Below, in pieces: positions 60,539-64,000 of a stretch of 64,000 nucleotides of DNA. The notes beneath the pieces were generated by a model. That model saw only the letters and a program-made list of their open reading frames with translations. It was not told the DNA's origin and made no database searches. How positions within the stretch are numbered: the stretch's first letter is position 1; the number at the start of each line of letters is the position of its first letter. Both the position numbers and the translations under genes were made by a program. Source of the DNA: an uncultured Polyangiaceae bacterium (GTDB taxonomy: Bacteria > Myxococcota_A > Polyangia > Polyangiales > Polyangiaceae); contig CAZSVU010000005.1 in the NCBI GenBank assembly GCA_964610275.1, positions 484-64,483 of the forward strand, written 5' to 3'.

Positions 60539-62542
60539 CTAGCCCGCGTGTTCGCAGCAGCCGAGGTCCGGGGCGCCCACGCTGTCGTCGTTGATGCCCG
60601 GGATCTCCATGCCGCGGTCGATGTTGGGGCTGTCCGCTCGGAGAGTGAAATCCCCGGCGGCTGCGTCGACCAGGCCCGGGTCGTCTTCGTGACCATTGCA
60701 CTCGAGCGCGGTGGCCTCGCAGAGCTCTGCTGCGGTGTCGTAGCGCACGTTCTCCCACTTGAAGTGTGGCTCGTCGGCACCACGAGTGGTGTGCCAGTTG
60801 TCCCAGTCCCAGTCGTGACCCGTGTTGCCTTCGAACGACACCTCGAATGCGTAGCGGGTGCCACTGAAGACGTTGTTGCGCAGGGTGCTGTTGTGCACCT
60901 CGCTACCGATGGTCATGGCGTTGCGTCCCTCGCCCCCTTCATCCACCCAGGAGGTATTGTGGTAGATGAATACCACCCCGTCCGACTCGATGCCCCACTT
61001 GAAGCTGGTGCTCGCGAAGTTGGAGAAGACTGAGCGTAGCACCCAAGCTGGTCCGTGGGTGATGGGTGCGAGCGACATGCCCACCAGCCCTTGGTCGAAC
61101 GTATTGTCACGAAAGCGATGGTTGATGCACGCGCCCTCGGGTTCGAAACCGTCGTCCCCGATGAAGCGGATCTGGTTATCGTACACATCGACGTCGTGGG
61201 CGATTTCCACGTTTTCGAGATCGCCCCAGCGACCCGTGTACACGCCATTGAAGAAGTGGTGAATGTCGTTGCGGCGCACGATCGCGCCACGGTGGCTGGC
61301 CACCGAGATGGCCGAGCCTTCCATGCTGGTGCCCTTGACCGCGTCCCAGGGCCAGGCCTCGACCGGCGGGTCGTAGATTTCGTTGTCTTCGATACGAGTG
61401 TCATTGCTGCGGTTCGGGTCCTCGGCCGTCCAGTTGACGGTGATTCCGTCCGGGACCCCGTGAATGGTGTTCTCGCGGACCACCACGTGCGACGCATTCT
61501 TGAGGTAGATCCCCTGCGACCACTCCGCCTGACCGTAGAAGCGGATCTCGAACCCCTCGATCCAGATCCAGTCTTGCGCATCGACCTCGAAGGCGCGACT
61601 GAAGCGCGGGAGCTGCCAGGAGTGACTGCGCGGGTCGTCGAGGCATCTGACCCAGAGGGTGGTCTCGTCGGGATCGACGTAGAAGCCTTCGTCCATGGGC
61701 ACGTCATCGTCGCCGAGCCCCGCGAGGAGCCCATCCAGATCGTTGAAGCGGTAGAATCGCTCCTCGTCCCGAGCCAGATACCAGAATGAGCCTCCGGCCT
61801 CGGCACTGTACACGTCGGTCACGGAAGCGTGCGGCGTCCAGGTGAGCAGCGAGGTCAAGTGCTCGGCACCGTCGAGGACGGCGCCGTCGCCTTCGGCACT
61901 GATCTGAACCCAGTCATTCTCCGCCCCGGAGACGTCGACGCTGACCGACTCGTGGTAGACCCCATCGGCTACCAAGACGCGGGTGCCCGGCCCAGCGGAG
62001 TTCACCGCTGCCTGGATGGTCCGAAACGGTGCGTCTGGGCTTCCGTCGCCACCGGCGGCGGCTGCCGCGTCGACGTGGAGCGTGGTCGCAGGCGAGAACG
62101 AGAGTTCCTCGGGTTGGGTCACGACGGTCGTGCATGCGTCCACGCCACTGCCCGCAACGCGCACGTCATAATCCATGGCGCCCTCCAGCCCGAACAAGCT
62201 GCCCGCCAGGCGCCCGTCGTCGATGCGGACGACCGGATGTCCAATACGCCACCCCTCGGTCCCGCTCCCGGCGGCCCGGTACCAGAGCTCGGCGCTCTCG
62301 GGCACCTCCCTGCCACTGACCACCACGCCGACGGTCTCGATGTTCGCGATCAGATCTAGGTTTCCCGTGCCGCCCGAGCACACCGACGGAGCGCCCGCAG
62401 TCCCGCCATCGGGCCCAGTCGACTCCGAGTCTCCGGCCGTGCCCTGGCCGTCTTCACCAGCAGCGCCATCCTCGCCACCACACCCACTCAGCGCCAACGT
62501 CGCGATTAGCGTGCCCGCAACCTGCCTGACTCGATCGTCCAT
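60539..62542 (-). CDS. Right-handed parallel beta-helix repeat lipoprotein (pectate-lyase-fold)
   Basis: Lipobox LALSGC. ...GSPDAPFRTIQAAVNSAGPGTRVLVADGVYHESV... Successive rungs follow: VRENTIHGVPDGITVNW, IEDNEIYD, VRRNDIHHFFNGVY, VYDNQIRFIGDDGFE, FRDNTF. Confidence 0.75.
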   Translation of the reverse strand: MDDRVRQVAGTLIATLALSGCGGEDGAAGEDGQGTAGDSESTGPDGGTAGAPSVCSGGTGNLDLIANIETVGVVVSGREVPESAELWYRAAGSGTEGWRIGHPVVRIDDGRLAGSLFGLEGAMDYDVRVAGSGVDACTTVVTQPEELSFSPATTLHVDAAAAAGGDGSPDAPFRTIQAAVNSAGPGTRVLVADGVYHESVSVDVSGAENDWVQISAEGDGAVLDGAEHLTSLLTWTPHASVTDVYSAEAGGSFWYLARDEERFYRFNDLDGLLAGLGDDDVPMDEGFYVDPDETTLWVRCLDDPRSHSWQLPRFSRAFEVDAQDWIWIEGFEIRFYGQAEWSQGIYLKNASHVVVRENTIHGVPDGITVNWTAEDPNRSNDTRIEDNEIYDPPVEAWPWDAVKGTSMEGSAISVASHRGAIVRRNDIHHFFNGVYTGRWGDLENVEIAHDVDVYDNQIRFIGDDGFEPEGACINHRFRDNTFDQGLVGMSLAPITHGPAWVLRSVFSNFASTSFKWGIESDGVVFIYHNTSWVDEGGEGRNAMTIGSEVHNSTLRNNVFSGTRYAFEVSFEGNTGHDWDWDNWHTTRGADEPHFKWENVRYDTAAELCEATALECNGHEDDPGLVDAAAGDFTLRADSPNIDRGMEIPGINDDSVGAPDLGCCEHAG

Positions 62543-62624
62543 GACTCACCCCGTCGGAGGTGCATGGTAGCACGGCAGCGTGGTGCGGGCGGAGCGCGGG
62601 CCGGCGCGGTAGACGGTTACCGGC

Positions 62625-64000
62625 TCACCGCCACGCCTCGTAGATCTCCGCGTTGCCGTTGCGATTAGAGGCGAAGACGATGTACCGCAGATCCTCCGAC
62701 GGCCAGGGATCGAACTCATCGTTTGCCGTGTTGATCCCGCTGAGCGGCTGCGCGGGCGAGAACGGGTCGCTGAGCGTGGCGCGCTCAGCGTAGAAGATGT
62801 CCTGTCCGTTCACTCGATTTCGGTCCGAGCAGAAGACGATCACGCGCCCACCCAGCACGAAGCGACCAGCGTACTCGTTGGCAGCGGTGTTCACTCCGGG
62901 AATTGGCTCCGGAGGTCCCCAGGAGTCAGTCACCGTCGCGCGCGTGGTCTGGTACAGGTCGTGACCACCCGCTCCACCCGCGCGGTCCATTTCCAGCACC
63001 ATGAGCAATCCGGACTGAAGCACCTGGGGCGCTACCTCCTCGGATGGCGTGTTCAGCTCGGTGACCGCCGCCGGCGGGGCCCAGGTGCTCGTTCGGTCAG
63101 CGCGCGTGGACATCCAGAGGTCGTACTGTCCCACGGCCCCGGGCCGAGTGCTGGCAAACCAGATCGTGAGACCGTCGCCCTCGATACCGGGGGTGGTGTC
63201 CTGGTAGCCACTACTGTTGAGCTCGTTGATGGCATGCGGCGGTCCCCAGGGATCCGACGGTGTTGCGCGAGTGGACACCCAGAGGCTGTCGTCGTTGGGG
63301 GAGGATGTGTCCCGGTCGGTGTTGAAGGCGAGCTCGAGCAGATCGGCGGTGACGGTGGGATCGTCGTCGAATGAGCTGGCGTCGGCTAGCGCCTCGACCA
63401 ACGCGGGAGGCTCGAAGGTGACCACCCCCAGGCCGCCCGCGCTCCCACCTGATCCGCCCAGCTGTGCCTGGTCCCCGCCCACACCCGCGCCCGCGGTGCC
63501 GCCCGTGCCCGTGCCGGCGGCCCCACCCACCGCGGCTCCGGCTGCGCCTGCCGCGCCTCCGGCGTCACTGCCTGCCCCGCCGGCTGCACCGCCCACTCCC
63601 ATGGGGCTGCCTGCTGTGCCTCCGACTGCCGGGCTCGAAGCGCCCGCTCCGGCCGCCCCGCCTTCTGCCCCACCCCTGCCGTCGCCAGCCGCCCCGCCCG
63701 CTGCAAAGGTGTCGCCTGCAGCTCCGCCGACGCCCGGGGTCGCCAGCCCGCCTCCCGCGGCGCCACCGGCGTCTCCGGCCATCGCTCCTGCGGCGCCTCC
63801 GTCGCTCACGTCACTCGCGACGACGGTCAACGCAGCCTCCAATCCGTCGGTGTCGCCGCTCGGAGACGTGACCGTCAAGTCGTGCTGGCCCACCGGAAGC
63901 CCGTCCGGAACGACGATGGCCAAGGTCGACTCGTCGACTCGCGTGGCGGGCTGATCGACCACGTCCGTTCCGGGAATGGTGAAGCGCCAGCCTCGCCTGA
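62625..64000 (-). CDS. IPT/TIG-like + Gly/Ala-rich linker + PD40 (TolB-like) beta-propeller repeat protein; N-terminus outside window
   Basis: The frame stays open upstream of the track start (63962) to the window edge (…RFTIPGTDVVDQPATRVDESTLAIVVPDGLPVGQHDLTVTSPSG…). A roughly 130-aa Gly/Ala linker follows. After it come repeated ...LWVSTRA...W.PP..I.ELNS... blades (DLWMSTRADRTSTWAPPAAVTELNTP; DIFYAERATLSDPFSPAQPLSGINTA; IVFASNRNGNAEIYEA). Confidence 0.7.
   Translation of the reverse strand, partial: RRGWRFTIPGTDVVDQPATRVDESTLAIVVPDGLPVGQHDLTVTSPSGDTDGLEAALTVVASDVSDGGAAGAMAGDAGGAAGGGLATPGVGGAAGDTFAAGGAAGDGRGGAEGGAAGAGASSPAVGGTAGSPMGVGGAAGGAGSDAGGAAGAAGAAVGGAAGTGTGGTAGAGVGGDQAQLGGSGGSAGGLGVVTFEPPALVEALADASSFDDDPTVTADLLELAFNTDRDTSSPNDDSLWVSTRATPSDPWGPPHAINELNSSGYQDTTPGIEGDGLTIWFASTRPGAVGQYDLWMSTRADRTSTWAPPAAVTELNTPSEEVAPQVLQSGLLMVLEMDRAGGAGGHDLYQTTRATVTDSWGPPEPIPGVNTAANEYAGRFVLGGRVIVFCSDRNRVNGQDIFYAERATLSDPFSPAQPLSGINTANDEFDPWPSEDLRYIVFASNRNGNAEIYEAWR

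Overview
High-GC (about 68-70% by eye) chromosomal segment, most likely from a myxobacterium (Myxococcota). That placement is an inference from the Myxococcus-type cysteine-rich repeats, a fibro-slime domain, an NtrC-type sigma-54 activator and very dense signalling content. I can support about 45 protein-coding genes. I saw no rRNA, tRNA, CRISPR array, transposase or integrase.

Layout:
- 1-19 kb: signalling and ion-transport genes. These are a partial gdh, a P-type ATPase, two Cache-type histidine kinases, six receiver proteins, a GGDEF protein abutting a QEGLA/DUF1704 peptidase-like gene, a CBS protein, a receiver-fused DASS/SLC13 permease, an FGE-like protein and a CdaA diadenylate cyclase fused to YbbR repeats.
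- 19.9-29 kb: ion-flux island. It holds an MscS gene, corA, and a tightly packed five-gene operon with three more MscS paralogues, a membrane-anchored coiled-coil AAA+/winged-helix ATPase and a protein I cannot assign.
- 30-38.5 kb: one 2801-aa lipoprotein with about 58 Cys-rich repeats in two differently built arrays around a fibro-slime/PA14-like domain. A good sigma-54 promoter match precedes it.
- 38.6-53.5 kb: glgX, an NtrC-family activator, an OmpA/Pal-like lipoprotein, an SLC12-like permease, pfk, a beta-lactamase-fold hydrolase, a GH2 glycosidase broken by a single in-frame TGA, and an ACT domain fused to a deleted formate-THF-ligase C-terminal remnant.
- 54-64 kb: secreted and lipoprotein genes, including a signal-peptide/collagen-repeat/Hcp-like fusion, a beta-helix lipoprotein and an IPT/PD40 protein.

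Best candidates for something undescribed are the MscS/ATPase operon (22.1-29.0 kb), the collagen-Hcp fusion (59.3-60.2 kb), the receiver-DASS transporter fusion and the ACT/FTHFS chimera.

Every family call rests on motif recognition by eye in the supplied translations. No database search was run.
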